Of a stretch of DNA of 56,014 nucleotides, positions 19,781 to 29,786 are shown one piece after another. The DNA lies in IMG/VR virus record IMGVR_UViG_3300024265_000059, positions 1 to 56,014 of that record; one strand, given 5' to 3'. The stretch's first letter is position 1, and each line of letters opens with the position of its first letter. Below the pieces are notes generated by a model, which was not told the DNA's origin, did no database searches, and saw nothing but the letters and a program-made list of their open reading frames with translations. This DNA is from a virus. Taxonomy: Duplodnaviria > Caudoviricetes. Both the position numbers and the translations under genes were made by a program.

Positions 19781-21479
19781 AGAAAAACTTCGTATATTAT
19801 TCATAGGCGAAGCCTCGTTTCTCGCGACGGGGTTCTCAACGTATTGGAATGAAGTAATCAAGAGGCTCTACAAAACAGGCGAATTCGAAATTGCAGAAAT
19901 GGGCAGCTATGCCTACGCAGACGATCCACGTTGTCAACAAGTTCTATGGAAATTTTATCCAGTAGCTCCTGCGAAAAGTGATCGCAAAGCAATGTCTATA
20001 TATGGGCCAAACGTAGCACAACACTTCGGCGAAGGAATTTTTGACAAAGTGTGTTTGGACTTCAGACCAGATATCGTGGTTGGTATTCGAGACTGGTGGA
20101 TGGATGAGTTTGTTTTGCGATCCACTTTTCGACATAATTTTAAGTTCATATGGATGCCCACGATAGACGGAGAGCCGCAAAGAGAACTTTGGTTGGATTC
20201 GTATCTTCAATGCGATCGCATCCTTACATATTCTCATTATGGAATGGATTTGTTAAAAAAAGAAGCAAGGAAAGATACCCATCTTGTAACGATAGCATCT
20301 CCTGGTTCTGACTTGGAAGTGTTTTCCCCACCGGAAGACAAAAGAAAACACAAAGCAGACTTGGGTATTGATCCCAATTCTCTGATCGTGGGTACGGTCA
20401 TGAGAAATCAAAAACGTAAACTGTATTATGATCTAATCGAGGCATTCAGTGATTGGGTTTATGGGTCAAAATCCAAAGGACATGTCGAATTAGCGCGTAG
20501 GACTTTTCTGTATTTGCACACAAGTTATCCAGATGTTGGATACGACATAGGCAAAGCAATACGGGATTTCAAAGTAGGCAACAAGGTCATAATGACATAT
20601 CTTTGTACCAACTGCCAAACAGCCTATCCATCTTTCTTCTCTGGAGAATTGACGGTATGTCGTAAGTGCGGAAAATTAGCCGCCCACACACCGAATGCAG
20701 AACATTCTTGTCCTCGTAACGTGCTCGCCGGTATTATGAAAACGTTCGACTTGTATGCTCAGTATTCTATTTGCGAGGGTTGGGGTATGCCCTGCACAGA
20801 CTCCCTTGCTTGCGGTGTCCCTGTTGCTGCTGTCGATTATTCAGCTATGGAAGATCATCTTAGATGTCCGACAAGTATACCAATCGCCGTAGAACGTTTT
20901 TTCTGGGAATCTATTATTGAGACAGAACAAAAAAGAGCATTGCCAGACAACCGTGATTTTGTTTCCAAACTAGATCGTTTTCTCAAATTCAGTGAAGAAA
21001 AAAGAAAAGAGATATCTGCGAAAACAAGAGCATACGCAGAAGAGCTAGTTAGTACATATGGTACAGATAAAAAAATGCCCAGATATGGGTGGGAACGAAC
21101 AGCAGAAATTTGGAGAAATGTTCTCAGAGAAACATCCGTCAAAGATCAAGAAACCACTTGGCTTTGTAAAAAACCCAGGATAAAACAACCCAATTTAGTA
21201 CCTCCACATACACAAATGGACAATAGTGAGTTTGTCAATTGGGTTATTGGAAAAGTATGGGGTCGTCCAGACATGCTGCATACACATTTTGCTGGAGACT
21301 GGCTAAAGTGTTTGAATAGTGGCGCTAGGACGATGGGAGAATCAAGGGTGGCATTCAATCGAGACCATTTGGTTAATCACTTCCTGGGAATTATCAAACA
21401 ATCTAATGAAATGGAACAGAAAAGGATAAACATTTTGAGCAGTGTGGCCCAAGATGATGTAAGTGTGGTGATAATGTGA
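19770..21479 (+). CDS. Glycosyltransferase family 4 with inserted Zn ribbon
   Basis: TGFSTY, VGTVMRNQKRK, CTNC/CRKC, EGWGMP..D.LACGVP. Confidence 0.85.
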   Translation: METKEKLRILFIGEASFLATGFSTYWNEVIKRLYKTGEFEIAEMGSYAYADDPRCQQVLWKFYPVAPAKSDRKAMSIYGPNVAQHFGEGIFDKVCLDFRPDIVVGIRDWWMDEFVLRSTFRHNFKFIWMPTIDGEPQRELWLDSYLQCDRILTYSHYGMDLLKKEARKDTHLVTIASPGSDLEVFSPPEDKRKHKADLGIDPNSLIVGTVMRNQKRKLYYDLIEAFSDWVYGSKSKGHVELARRTFLYLHTSYPDVGYDIGKAIRDFKVGNKVIMTYLCTNCQTAYPSFFSGELTVCRKCGKLAAHTPNAEHSCPRNVLAGIMKTFDLYAQYSICEGWGMPCTDSLACGVPVAAVDYSAMEDHLRCPTSIPIAVERFFWESIIETEQKRALPDNRDFVSKLDRFLKFSEEKRKEISAKTRAYAEELVSTYGTDKKMPRYGWERTAEIWRNVLRETSVKDQETTWLCKKPRIKQPNLVPPHTQMDNSEFVNWVIGKVWGRPDMLHTHFAGDWLKCLNSGARTMGESRVAFNRDHLVNHFLGIIKQSNEMEQKRINILSSVAQDDVSVVIM

Positions 21480-22666
21480 CAAAAGTAGCATATATTTCTG
21501 TACATCGCGACGGAACAGGCTATGCCAATCAGGCTATTAACAACATGCTTGCGTTGGAAGCTGGCGGGATAGACGTAGTTGCCAGAGCAATACGATTGTC
21601 CCAATCCCAAAATCTCAAGCTAGCAGCAAGAGTAAGCCACTTGGAATCTAACAATACAGACAATGTAGACGTGGTAATACAGCATATTTTGCCGCATACG
21701 TTTGAGTACAAATCTGGTGTCAAAAATATTGGGTTGATCTGTTGGGAAACAACGAACTTCATTCGATCAAGTTGGGCTTATTCTTGCAACATGATGGATG
21801 AGATGTGGGTACCTAATATACAGACTGCGACCGCCGTAAAGAATAGTCACGTAGATGTGCCAGTGAAGATATTGCCATGTGCGTGCGACACCAAGAGATT
21901 TGACGATTTGCCTAAGCCCTTGAATCTTCCTCAACTAAAAGACAAATGCGTATTCTACACCATAGGTGAGATGAGCAGGCGTAAAAACGTAGTAGCTATT
22001 TTGAGGGCATTCTACGCAGCATTCAGCAACAGAGACGATGTTGCGCTGGTAATCAAGGCTAATATCCCAGGGAAAACGCCAGACGAAGTAGTAAGTATGA
22101 TCCAGACCACTGTCGACGATGTCAAGAAATCAGTCCACACATACGTAAGACACCCGTACTATCCTCCAGTTGTGTGTATCGCCAACTTCTTATCCGAAGA
22201 GAAGTTAGATCAGCTTCATGCGACGTGCAATATATTCGTGTCTGCAAGCCATGGAGAATCCTGGGGGATACCAGCCCACGATGCAATGGGGTTCGGTCGT
22301 CCAGTGATACTCAGCAATTGGGGCTCTTATCCAGAATTGACATACGATAGAGCAAATAGATTCTGGAAATCGGATGATAATGAATTTCGCTTTCCTGGAC
22401 AAATAGATTGCGGTTGGCTCATCAAGGGACAATTGACTCCGTGTTTCGGCCAAATTGATTCATTCCCAGATTTGTACACGGGAAACGAATCATGGTTTGA
22501 ACCCAACGTATGTCACTTGATCGAGTGTATGGTAGAAGCTTACGAAGAATGGAAAGACGGTAGTCTCCGTAAGAAAAGCGAAGCCGCAAAATATCGTGCT
22601 CGTTTATTCAGCTACGACAACGTAGGGAAAATAGCAAAGTCATTGCTTGAATGCGAGGGGGAATAA
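21476..22666 (+). CDS. Glycosyltransferase family 4
   Basis: TGY, WET, RKN...ILRAF, SHGESWGIP..DAM..G.PVI. Confidence 0.85.
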   Translation: MTKVAYISVHRDGTGYANQAINNMLALEAGGIDVVARAIRLSQSQNLKLAARVSHLESNNTDNVDVVIQHILPHTFEYKSGVKNIGLICWETTNFIRSSWAYSCNMMDEMWVPNIQTATAVKNSHVDVPVKILPCACDTKRFDDLPKPLNLPQLKDKCVFYTIGEMSRRKNVVAILRAFYAAFSNRDDVALVIKANIPGKTPDEVVSMIQTTVDDVKKSVHTYVRHPYYPPVVCIANFLSEEKLDQLHATCNIFVSASHGESWGIPAHDAMGFGRPVILSNWGSYPELTYDRANRFWKSDDNEFRFPGQIDCGWLIKGQLTPCFGQIDSFPDLYTGNESWFEPNVCHLIECMVEAYEEWKDGSLRKKSEAAKYRARLFSYDNVGKIAKSLLECEGE

Positions 22667-23691
22667 TGGCAGCATCGATATCCACAGTGATGAGAAGTAT
22701 CAACAGGAACGACAATCGTCCGCTAAACATACTGTTTGGTAATAATCACGAAGCCTATAGTGCCACATTAGCCAAAACAGGCCATAACTTTTACGTTTTG
22801 CAACATCCAAAATTCCATCCATGGTCGGTCAAAGAACGAGCATTACCACCAAACTTCTTCATACTAGATGGTCCAGACATACCTCATCAACTAAAAACGG
22901 ACATAGCTTTCGATCTAGTGCTAACCCAAAATCGTATAGATCATTATCCGATCATGGTACAACTTGCCACACAACTTAATTGTCCACTTTTGCAGATGGA
23001 ACACACACTACCATGGCCCGACTGGAATGAAGAAACAACGAAGCGTGTAGGACACCTAGCGTGTAATCACAACATCTTTGTTGCCAACTTTTCTGTTGGG
23101 GCATGGTTCCATGACAAGGATGATCCTGATGTTCAGGTGATAAGACATGGCATGGATACCGATTACTGGAACGGATGGGTTGGTGGCGACGGAGCTATCA
23201 TGACAGCAGTTTGGGACTATATAAACAGAGACAGAATTTGTGGTTTCTCTTTGTGGAAAGAGGTTACAAAAGACCTGAAAGTGAATCCTTGGGGAGAGAC
23301 GCCCAATCTGTCTAAGATGGCAGACAATTCAGATCATCTGAGAGATTTGTATCGAAACGCATCTGTGTTCCTCAACACCACCCTTTGGTCGTCTTGCCCC
23401 TTCTCTTTGCTGGAAGCTATGTCGGTTGGTTGTCCAATCGTAACGACGGCGACCACCTCGATACCTGAATTTATCGAAAACGGCAAAAATGGCTTCATCA
23501 CGAATGATCCAAAAGAAATGCGATCAATGCTTTGTAATTTGATCAACGATAAAGATATGGCGCGTGAAATCGGTGCAGAAGGTAGAAAAACAATTTTGGA
23601 ACATTTTGGGCAACAACAATTCCTGGACAAATGGAATAAGGCGTTTTGGAAAGTTGCTAGATGTCCAGTTGGCAGTCTAATTGGAGAATGA
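22666..23691 (+). CDS. Glycosyltransferase family 4
   Basis: HGMDTD, FLNTT...P.SLLEAMSVGCPIV, IENG.NGF. Confidence 0.85.
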   Translation: MAASISTVMRSINRNDNRPLNILFGNNHEAYSATLAKTGHNFYVLQHPKFHPWSVKERALPPNFFILDGPDIPHQLKTDIAFDLVLTQNRIDHYPIMVQLATQLNCPLLQMEHTLPWPDWNEETTKRVGHLACNHNIFVANFSVGAWFHDKDDPDVQVIRHGMDTDYWNGWVGGDGAIMTAVWDYINRDRICGFSLWKEVTKDLKVNPWGETPNLSKMADNSDHLRDLYRNASVFLNTTLWSSCPFSLLEAMSVGCPIVTTATTSIPEFIENGKNGFITNDPKEMRSMLCNLINDKDMAREIGAEGRKTILEHFGQQQFLDKWNKAFWKVARCPVGSLIGE

Positions 23692-23692
23692 C

Positions 23693-24157
23693 ATGAAGAG
23701 ACTCAATTTGGGTTGTGGAAATGATATCAGAAGTGGTTTTGTCAATATCGATCGCTTGCCAGGAAAGTCAGATAACTACAAGCAAGGATGTATGAAATCT
23801 CTGGATTGGCTTGTCGAAGATTCTACTGTTGATGAGATTTTGGCCCTAGACTGTTTGGAATATGTTCTAGCGAAAGATGTTCGATCGACTGTGACAAACT
23901 GGGTAAACAAACTGTCTCCTGGTGGAATCATAAAAATTCTAGTACCCGATTGTCATCTAGCTGCAAAATCGTTTGCTCAAGGTCAATTGGCTTTGCAAGA
24001 ATATCAAATGATAGTGTTCGGCACCCAAGAGAACAATGACGAAAGACTATCCCTCATTGATCCACTCATCATATTAGACATGCTGAAAGAATTGGGCTTA
24101 ACTGTGTCTCTGAAAAGATACGACGGTGTTGCTTTTTATGTAGAGGCGGTTAAGTGA
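23693..24157 (+). CDS. Methyltransferase type 11-like
   Basis: RLNLGCG....GFVNID, LE.V, L.PGG..KI.VPD. Confidence 0.75.
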   Translation: MKRLNLGCGNDIRSGFVNIDRLPGKSDNYKQGCMKSLDWLVEDSTVDEILALDCLEYVLAKDVRSTVTNWVNKLSPGGIIKILVPDCHLAAKSFAQGQLALQEYQMIVFGTQENNDERLSLIDPLIILDMLKELGLTVSLKRYDGVAFYVEAVK

Positions 24158-24918
24158 TAACAACAGAATGTAATGTGTGTGTTTTTGCAAAACGCCAAAA
24201 AGACAAAGCCGGTTGCACATTGAATCAACTATGTATTCTCAAGGACGATCAAATGTGCGCACCTGGGTTCTGTAGACTGTGTAGAACTCAAAATTGGGCT
24301 CAAAAGCAGGGCACAAGAGAATTGAAGCAATTGCAAGAGGCAGTCGCTGGCGAGATGACTTTGTTGTTCGACATGCTTGTGTTTTTCGACGAGAGAAACA
24401 ACACCATAGAAGACCTAGAGAGAACTCTAGGTTCTAAATGGTATGTAGAACATGCTCGAAAGGTCATCATTGTTGATACTACAGGGTTCGGCGAAAGAAA
24501 AAATCTGGCTCTCAAATATATCCTGTCAAAGGAACATCCAGTCGAAACTGTTGTTGATAGTAGCGCTGAACACGAACCTGTTTGTGAAAGAGCAGATACC
24601 CTCAAAAGAATATCCAAAAATGTAGAAGCATCCTTTTTCTTGGCGATACCTGCCGGTGGTGTAATAGTAAATTTCGATAGATTCGCCAATATGATCAACA
24701 AACTGAGAAGTAGAGTGGTGTATTGGTCGTTCCCGTCTTTCATTGGGGATACTGCTATTGTCCCTCCTAATCCTAATCATGGTGTGTTTATTACGCAGGT
24801 ATACAAAGCACTCATTCAAAATCGAGATGGTAAATCTTTTTCCGAGCAACTAAAAAAAGAAGAAAAAACTACTGAAATGATTTTATCCTGGTTTTGTTCG
24901 GATTGTTGGTTAATATGA
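24154..24918 (+). CDS. Hypothetical protein (Cys-rich N-terminus)
   Basis: ORF translationally coupled to its neighbours. Confidence 0.6.
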   Translation: MITTECNVCVFAKRQKDKAGCTLNQLCILKDDQMCAPGFCRLCRTQNWAQKQGTRELKQLQEAVAGEMTLLFDMLVFFDERNNTIEDLERTLGSKWYVEHARKVIIVDTTGFGERKNLALKYILSKEHPVETVVDSSAEHEPVCERADTLKRISKNVEASFFLAIPAGGVIVNFDRFANMINKLRSRVVYWSFPSFIGDTAIVPPNPNHGVFITQVYKALIQNRDGKSFSEQLKKEEKTTEMILSWFCSDCWLI

Positions 24919-25679
24919 AAGACAGTGAAAAGGTTACAATCTGTATAGCCACCCACAACAATAAGTCAACAATTGCTCGCGCTCTGAAATCTGTGGTTAT
25001 GGGAATCCGGCCAGCAGACCAAGTGATAATTGGTGATAATGATAGTAAAGATGGAACGTATGAGTTGTTGTGCGAACTTCTCGGTGCAGAAGAAGTTATA
25101 ATCGATGAACAGAAAGGATTGCCTCCCAATTTCGATGGAAAATTTTTAGGCGTACCAGTAAAAATTTTCCGCAAACGACTTAGCACCACAAGCCACACCC
25201 TGAACGTGGCAATGCAAATGAAGTGGCAAGGTGTCACAATATTTGGGTTCTTAGACCCAACAAGTTGGTACGCTGGAGACAAGATATCCCAGGCCGTTAG
25301 AATATTTCAAAGTCAACCATTCATCTCGTGTGTAATTAGTGATTGGGACAATCATCACGAAGACGGTACCGTGGAAAGAGTTTTCAAGAACTCTTTTGAT
25401 TGCAATAGACTATTGTGCAATTTCGAGTATGATCGCAATTTTTTAGTTAGGACTGGCACGTTTGGTCAAATGAAATGTGGTTTTAATGAGCAGATGACAA
25501 TAAGAGATGATTATGATTTGCTTGTAAAAATATCTGAAACAGGTCTTATCTATCACATACCAGCACCACTACACAACAACATGGTTGAGAGAAACGATAA
25601 CGAAAAAGATGCGATAGTTCTGGCAAACGATTTTGTGAGAAGATGTGCTTCTGAACGTCGAGATGAATCTAATGGCTAA
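24915..25679 (+). CDS. Glycosyltransferase family 2 (degenerate DXD)
   Basis: I.I..HN....I.RAL.SV, IIGDNDSKDGT, GFNE....DDYDL. Confidence 0.75.
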   Translation: MKDSEKVTICIATHNNKSTIARALKSVVMGIRPADQVIIGDNDSKDGTYELLCELLGAEEVIIDEQKGLPPNFDGKFLGVPVKIFRKRLSTTSHTLNVAMQMKWQGVTIFGFLDPTSWYAGDKISQAVRIFQSQPFISCVISDWDNHHEDGTVERVFKNSFDCNRLLCNFEYDRNFLVRTGTFGQMKCGFNEQMTIRDDYDLLVKISETGLIYHIPAPLHNNMVERNDNEKDAIVLANDFVRRCASERRDESNG

Positions 25680-26280
25680 GAAGAAAAAAAATACAAAACA
25701 TACCGAGGCTGTCAAGCGGAAAAAACTTGCAGAAGCAGAAATGGCCAACTTGGGCCTGACACTTTCAGATGATTTGGCATCTATCGGTTTTGTTTTTAAC
25801 CATCTTTCTGTTTCACATCTTGTGTATTGCGGATTGACTTCCATCAATCATCTGTGTAAACATTACACTGGTGTGGATATTTGCATTTTTACCCAACATA
25901 TAATAGCATCATGTATCACGCCGTTGTGTTCGGTATTTAGTATATCTGATTTGACAAGATGGAGAAGCGATCCCCTCGTGACAACCAGCATAGGAACGAC
26001 GATAGATGCACTAGCAACTAACACACCCCACATCTATCACTACGCATTTGATCCAGAATTCATAGGTAAAAATAGTTGCGATTCACAAGATTTACGAGAA
26101 GCATTTTGTAACCCAAGAGTGAAAGTGATAGTAAGACATGAATCACACGCCAAATTAATCGAAGCGGAATTTGGCATATCTGTGTGTGATATTATTGTTC
26201 CAGATTGCGATGCCCTGATGTTGACTAAATTCATACTAACGGAGATGAAAAATGAGCGAAGAAGTAACGTCCCCAACTAA
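25672..26280 (+). CDS. Hypothetical protein
   Basis: ORF in the operon, overlaps its neighbours. Confidence 0.6.
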   Translation: MAKKKKNTKHTEAVKRKKLAEAEMANLGLTLSDDLASIGFVFNHLSVSHLVYCGLTSINHLCKHYTGVDICIFTQHIIASCITPLCSVFSISDLTRWRSDPLVTTSIGTTIDALATNTPHIYHYAFDPEFIGKNSCDSQDLREAFCNPRVKVIVRHESHAKLIEAEFGISVCDIIVPDCDALMLTKFILTEMKNERRSNVPN

Positions 26281-27175
26281 GATGAAAAAAGAAGAGATAG
26301 AGCAAGAACTGCTAAAGCTAGGATACAGCGAAGAAGACTTGACTGATTCTGGCGGCAAAAAGTTGAAGCGACCAGCTTTGGTGGAAAAACTTCAAGATCA
26401 CAGACAAGGAGAAGAAGGATTGTCTGTGCTGTCCGTCGTAGAGGACGGTGATGTTGGAGTAGAAGTTGTGCAGGACACAGAAGAAGACAAGGCTAGTGAT
26501 GCAGTTGATGATGACGCTGAAGACATAACCGAACCATGCGTTGATCCAACACCGAGTGATTCAGAATGGACTCAGTATGTTTTGGGCAAGTTTCTGCCTG
26601 ATGAAGTAGACGGGAAAAACCCACGAGTAGAAGGCTTGAGACGTGTGGCTGGAGATTTGGTTGGTGAATTACTAGAAGAAGGATGCGATCTAGTATCTGC
26701 ACCATGCGAAGACAACCGATTCCGCGCCTGTGTAAAAGCGTGGGGTGTATTTCTAACAAACGAAGGTAGAACAAAAAGGTTCGAAGCCCTTGCTGATGCC
26801 CATGGGGACAACTGCCACGAAGATTATGCTACCTATTTAGTAGCCATGGCCGACACTAGAGCGAAGGGTCGTGTATTCAGAAATGCATTGTGTTTGAGGC
26901 GGGTAGTTGCTGCGGAAGAAGTTAGCAAGACAGTAGCTCTGGCTTCAGACGTACAGCCTGGAGGATCAATCCATACTGGTCAGATTAGTATGATTCGTAT
27001 CATGGCAGATCGCCATGGATTCAATCTCGTAGAAATACTAGATGGCTTGTGTATCAAACATGAACTAGACGACAACACTGCGGATGTTAATCTGAAGAAG
27101 ATAACATACGAAGAAGCGATGTCTATCACGAAACGAATGAGAGAAATTATCGAACAGAAAGGAGAGACAGAATGA
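26252..27175 (+). CDS. Putative Rad52/Rad22-like single-strand annealing protein
   Basis: GLRRVA...; ADA...N...Y.VAMADTRAKGRVFRNAL.L...AAEE resembles the phage Rad52-like core. Confidence 0.5.
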   Translation: MSEEVTSPTKMKKEEIEQELLKLGYSEEDLTDSGGKKLKRPALVEKLQDHRQGEEGLSVLSVVEDGDVGVEVVQDTEEDKASDAVDDDAEDITEPCVDPTPSDSEWTQYVLGKFLPDEVDGKNPRVEGLRRVAGDLVGELLEEGCDLVSAPCEDNRFRACVKAWGVFLTNEGRTKRFEALADAHGDNCHEDYATYLVAMADTRAKGRVFRNALCLRRVVAAEEVSKTVALASDVQPGGSIHTGQISMIRIMADRHGFNLVEILDGLCIKHELDDNTADVNLKKITYEEAMSITKRMREIIEQKGETE

Positions 27176-27657
27176 GCGACGACAAAAAGAAGGTGTTCAC
27201 TCAAAATTTCAAACTCTACAAAGCCAGGAGCAGCGGCGACGGCGCGGCTTCTCAGTGGAATCTGGGATCGGAAAAGGATTGTGTTTTTCTGGAGATGGCT
27301 AATCAGACAGGCAAAGATGGAAATGGAAATGCCAGTTTTGATTGGGGCAACAAAATTCGCTTCAAATTGGGTTTATCTGACATTGGCGAGGTTCTTAGTG
27401 TATTGGTCGGTCTACAGAAGGGTGTTGGCCAGTATGACTCCGAAAGAGGGAAATTCAAAGGGTTATACCACGCAAACAAGAGCGGGAATGCCATTCTTTA
27501 CTTTGGAAAAGATGAGGCAGGAAGGTTTGGAATTCGCCTGAGCGTCAAGAAAGACAACAATCAGACCAAGGTTCAACACACTATGACCAAGGGAGAGGCA
27601 TGTGTCCTGAGTACCCTTTTGCGTCGTGCTATCGAGATCATACACAAATGGGATTAG
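27172..27657 (+). CDS. Whirly-like ssDNA-binding protein
   Basis: FKLYK..AA, FLEMA, FDWGNKIRFKLGLSDIG, LYH, LSV, TKGE..VL..W parallel the plant Whirly domain. Confidence 0.6.
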   Translation: MSDDKKKVFTQNFKLYKARSSGDGAASQWNLGSEKDCVFLEMANQTGKDGNGNASFDWGNKIRFKLGLSDIGEVLSVLVGLQKGVGQYDSERGKFKGLYHANKSGNAILYFGKDEAGRFGIRLSVKKDNNQTKVQHTMTKGEACVLSTLLRRAIEIIHKWD

Positions 27658-28001
27658 TCTGTATTCGCTAGCTCGGTTTCCATTCGTTCCATCAGCGCTT
27701 TGAGCACTTGAACGTCAGTATGTAGCTTGGCAACATCTGCTGTTAGCTGGATAATACTGCTCTGTAATAGAGTGATGGGAAATGCAATAATCTCTGCGAA
27801 GCGGTCCAATTCTTTTTGGATCACTTCTTTGTGCGATACGTCTTCATTCTGCATAGCTATCATTGTCAAAGCATGTTGTGCTAATGTATCGTTGACACGT
27901 TGTTTATCTGCTCCTAATGCATATGCGGTACCAGCTACCCCACCTATGATTCCTATAATTAAACCGATGATTCCTCCAATAGTTTGTTGTTTCTTGGTCA
28001 T
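27654..28001 (-). CDS. Membrane protein (N-terminal TM + coiled coil), possible lysis accessory
   Basis: Hydrophobic GGIIGLIIGIIGGVAG then heptad-like tail; stop overlaps the convergent gene. Confidence 0.6.
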   Translation of the reverse strand: MTKKQQTIGGIIGLIIGIIGGVAGTAYALGADKQRVNDTLAQHALTMIAMQNEDVSHKEVIQKELDRFAEIIAFPITLLQSSIIQLTADVAKLHTDVQVLKALMERMETELANTD

Positions 28002-28002
28002 C

Positions 28003-28320
28003 CTATCCTCCTAATTCAATCCACTCCAGTAAGTCTCGCTCCCATCCGTCTCTCGTTATGAGAAGAAGCTTTAGTCCTTGTTTTGCGTAGTAAGCCTTTT
28101 TCTTTTCCAGCTTGTCGTTTGTACGAACTTCCATCAGTCCGTCATATTCAACCCACAAATCATAATCTGGCAAATAAAAATCACAAATACTGCGACTCGG
28201 TTTTGGAAGGTGTTTGTGGGGTTCGTATTTAATGTCATTCAGATAAAGCCAATCAGCTACATTGGCTTCAGATTGGGAGTCATAAATTACGCCATCTAGT
28301 CCTATCGTTTTTTTGTACAT
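28003..28320 (-). CDS. Small PD-(D/E)XK endonuclease-like protein
   Basis: S.SE..VA.WL....I.YE, DFYLPD..LWVEYDG, K...Y. Confidence 0.7.
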   Translation of the reverse strand: MYKKTIGLDGVIYDSQSEANVADWLYLNDIKYEPHKHLPKPSRSICDFYLPDYDLWVEYDGLMEVRTNDKLEKKKAYYAKQGLKLLLITRDGWERDLLEWIELGG

Positions 28321-28331
28321 GCGTTACTCGC

Positions 28332-28373
28332 AAAAAAAAGGGGCTATCCGCGTCGGGACACGGAACGCCCCCC
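28332..28373 (-). terminator. Rho-independent terminator
   Basis: GGGGC..TTCCGTGTC cc GACGCGGA..GCCCC followed by a U8 run on the minus strand, after gene 28395-29036. Confidence 0.75.
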
Positions 28374-28394
28374 TGTTTCGTTGACGACTACAGT

Positions 28395-29036
28395 TTAGAG
28401 ATACTCAAGCTGCACATATAAACCGAAGCTTTCCTTCGAGCCAATACTTAACGGACTAGCCGAAAGGCAAGTGTACCAGTCGTGACGTGCGTCCGTGGTA
28501 TCCGTACCGTTAGGACTCAAGCCACCACTACCTGCGCTGCTCAGTAGGGCCACTGTCAAACCAGAACCTGACGCTGCTATCCATCCAAGATGGGCTGCTG
28601 GTGCTGCCGCAACTCCACCAGTCGTGACACCTGAACCACCGTTGGCGATCTGGAGTACTTGAGTCGTTACCCCTACCGCTGCGGTGTTGATATTAGACCG
28701 GTTGAAGATACGAAGTTGAGCATTCTGCGTCTTGACCGCTGTGTCGAATGTAAACCGAATGTTGAGCGTACCAGAGTTGATTACCATCGAAGATGGAACC
28801 ACTGCCACGTCGCCATTGACGATTATACCTGAAGTCACGGTATCATATTTACAGTTCGTAGCCGTTGGACCTGCTGGGGCACTACCATCACTCGCGCTGA
28901 TGAAGGTGCTATCATTGTACTCCCCGACTTGAACCGAAGTCCCAAACGATGCACCGAAGAAACCCAAACCAGACCCGCCAAGGCCGGTAAATGTTCCACC
29001 ACCTTGTCCTGCGTAAAAAGTTATCGCTGCTGCCAT
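28395..29036 (-). CDS. Putative virion structural protein (paralog of 29125-29760)
   Basis: G/S/T/A-rich; GGAGG SD before ATG 29036; own promoter and terminator. Confidence 0.6.
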   Translation of the reverse strand: MAAAITFYAGQGGGTFTGLGGSGLGFFGASFGTSVQVGEYNDSTFISASDGSAPAGPTATNCKYDTVTSGIIVNGDVAVVPSSMVINSGTLNIRFTFDTAVKTQNAQLRIFNRSNINTAAVGVTTQVLQIANGGSGVTTGGVAAAPAAHLGWIAASGSGLTVALLSSAGSGGLSPNGTDTTDARHDWYTCLSASPLSIGSKESFGLYVQLEYL

Positions 29037-29086
29037 GTCTTTCACCTCCCATCAATTTTTTCAAGAACAACAATCTATCCACTATT

Positions 29087-29096
29087 ATTATACACC
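29087..29096 (-). promoter_or_regulatory. Putative late promoter GGTGTATAAT
   Basis: Motif recurs upstream of minus-strand genes. Confidence 0.6.
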
Positions 29097-29124
29097 GTAT
29101 CACATACAAGCTACGCTTTATTCT

Positions 29125-29760
29125 TTACAGATATTCGAGATCGACGGTAACGCCAAATTGCTTGTTTCCCAATTGGGTCGGAGTACAGGACATGGCCACA
29201 TACCAGTCATGTCGAGTGCTCAAAACCTCGAACCCGCCTTCTCTTACTCCCTTTGTACCAGGAGAATTGACTAATGTAATCCAATTCGATCCAGACGCAC
29301 TAACATTTGTCCATGAAGCATCGGTATAGGGGCTTACCGTAGCTTGTAGGTTGTCTCTATGGCGTATTTCAGCCATCTGGAACGTGATATTCTCTGCCGG
29401 AACAGTTTTGTTAGCTGCGCCTCCAATGGTTGTCCCGTCATATATGTATATCTTAACAAACTGGCAGAATATAGATGATCCATGGGTGAATCGGATATTA
29501 GCCGTAGCCAATTCGTTAGGTAATCTTGTTAAAGTGATACCGGAACCAGTTTGACCATGAGTAACCTCTGTTGAATTTTCGTATTTGTTGTTGTTGCATT
29601 CGAATCCTTGTACAGTACCACTTGCATTTGTTACGAAAGTGCGGCCATTATAGGTTCCGATTGCCAAAGAAGAATCAAAACCTATTGCCCCGAAAAAGCC
29701 CATACCAGAAGCTGTCGGAACAAGGGTGTTTTCACCAGCATACAAATTCAGCGTCGCCAT
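29125..29760 (-). CDS. Putative virion structural protein (paralog of 28395-29036)
   Basis: Shares GFFGA, YN..TF, NIRFT, RHDWY and C-terminal LEYL. Confidence 0.6.
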   Translation of the reverse strand: MATLNLYAGENTLVPTASGMGFFGAIGFDSSLAIGTYNGRTFVTNASGTVQGFECNNNKYENSTEVTHGQTGSGITLTRLPNELATANIRFTHGSSIFCQFVKIYIYDGTTIGGAANKTVPAENITFQMAEIRHRDNLQATVSPYTDASWTNVSASGSNWITLVNSPGTKGVREGGFEVLSTRHDWYVAMSCTPTQLGNKQFGVTVDLEYL

Positions 29761-29775
29761 AACTACCTCCCTTTA

Positions 29776-29785
29776 TTTATACACA
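29776..29785 (-). promoter_or_regulatory. Putative late promoter TGTGTATAAA
   Basis: Motif variant just upstream of the GGAGG SD of 29760. Confidence 0.5.
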
Positions 29786-29786
29786 T

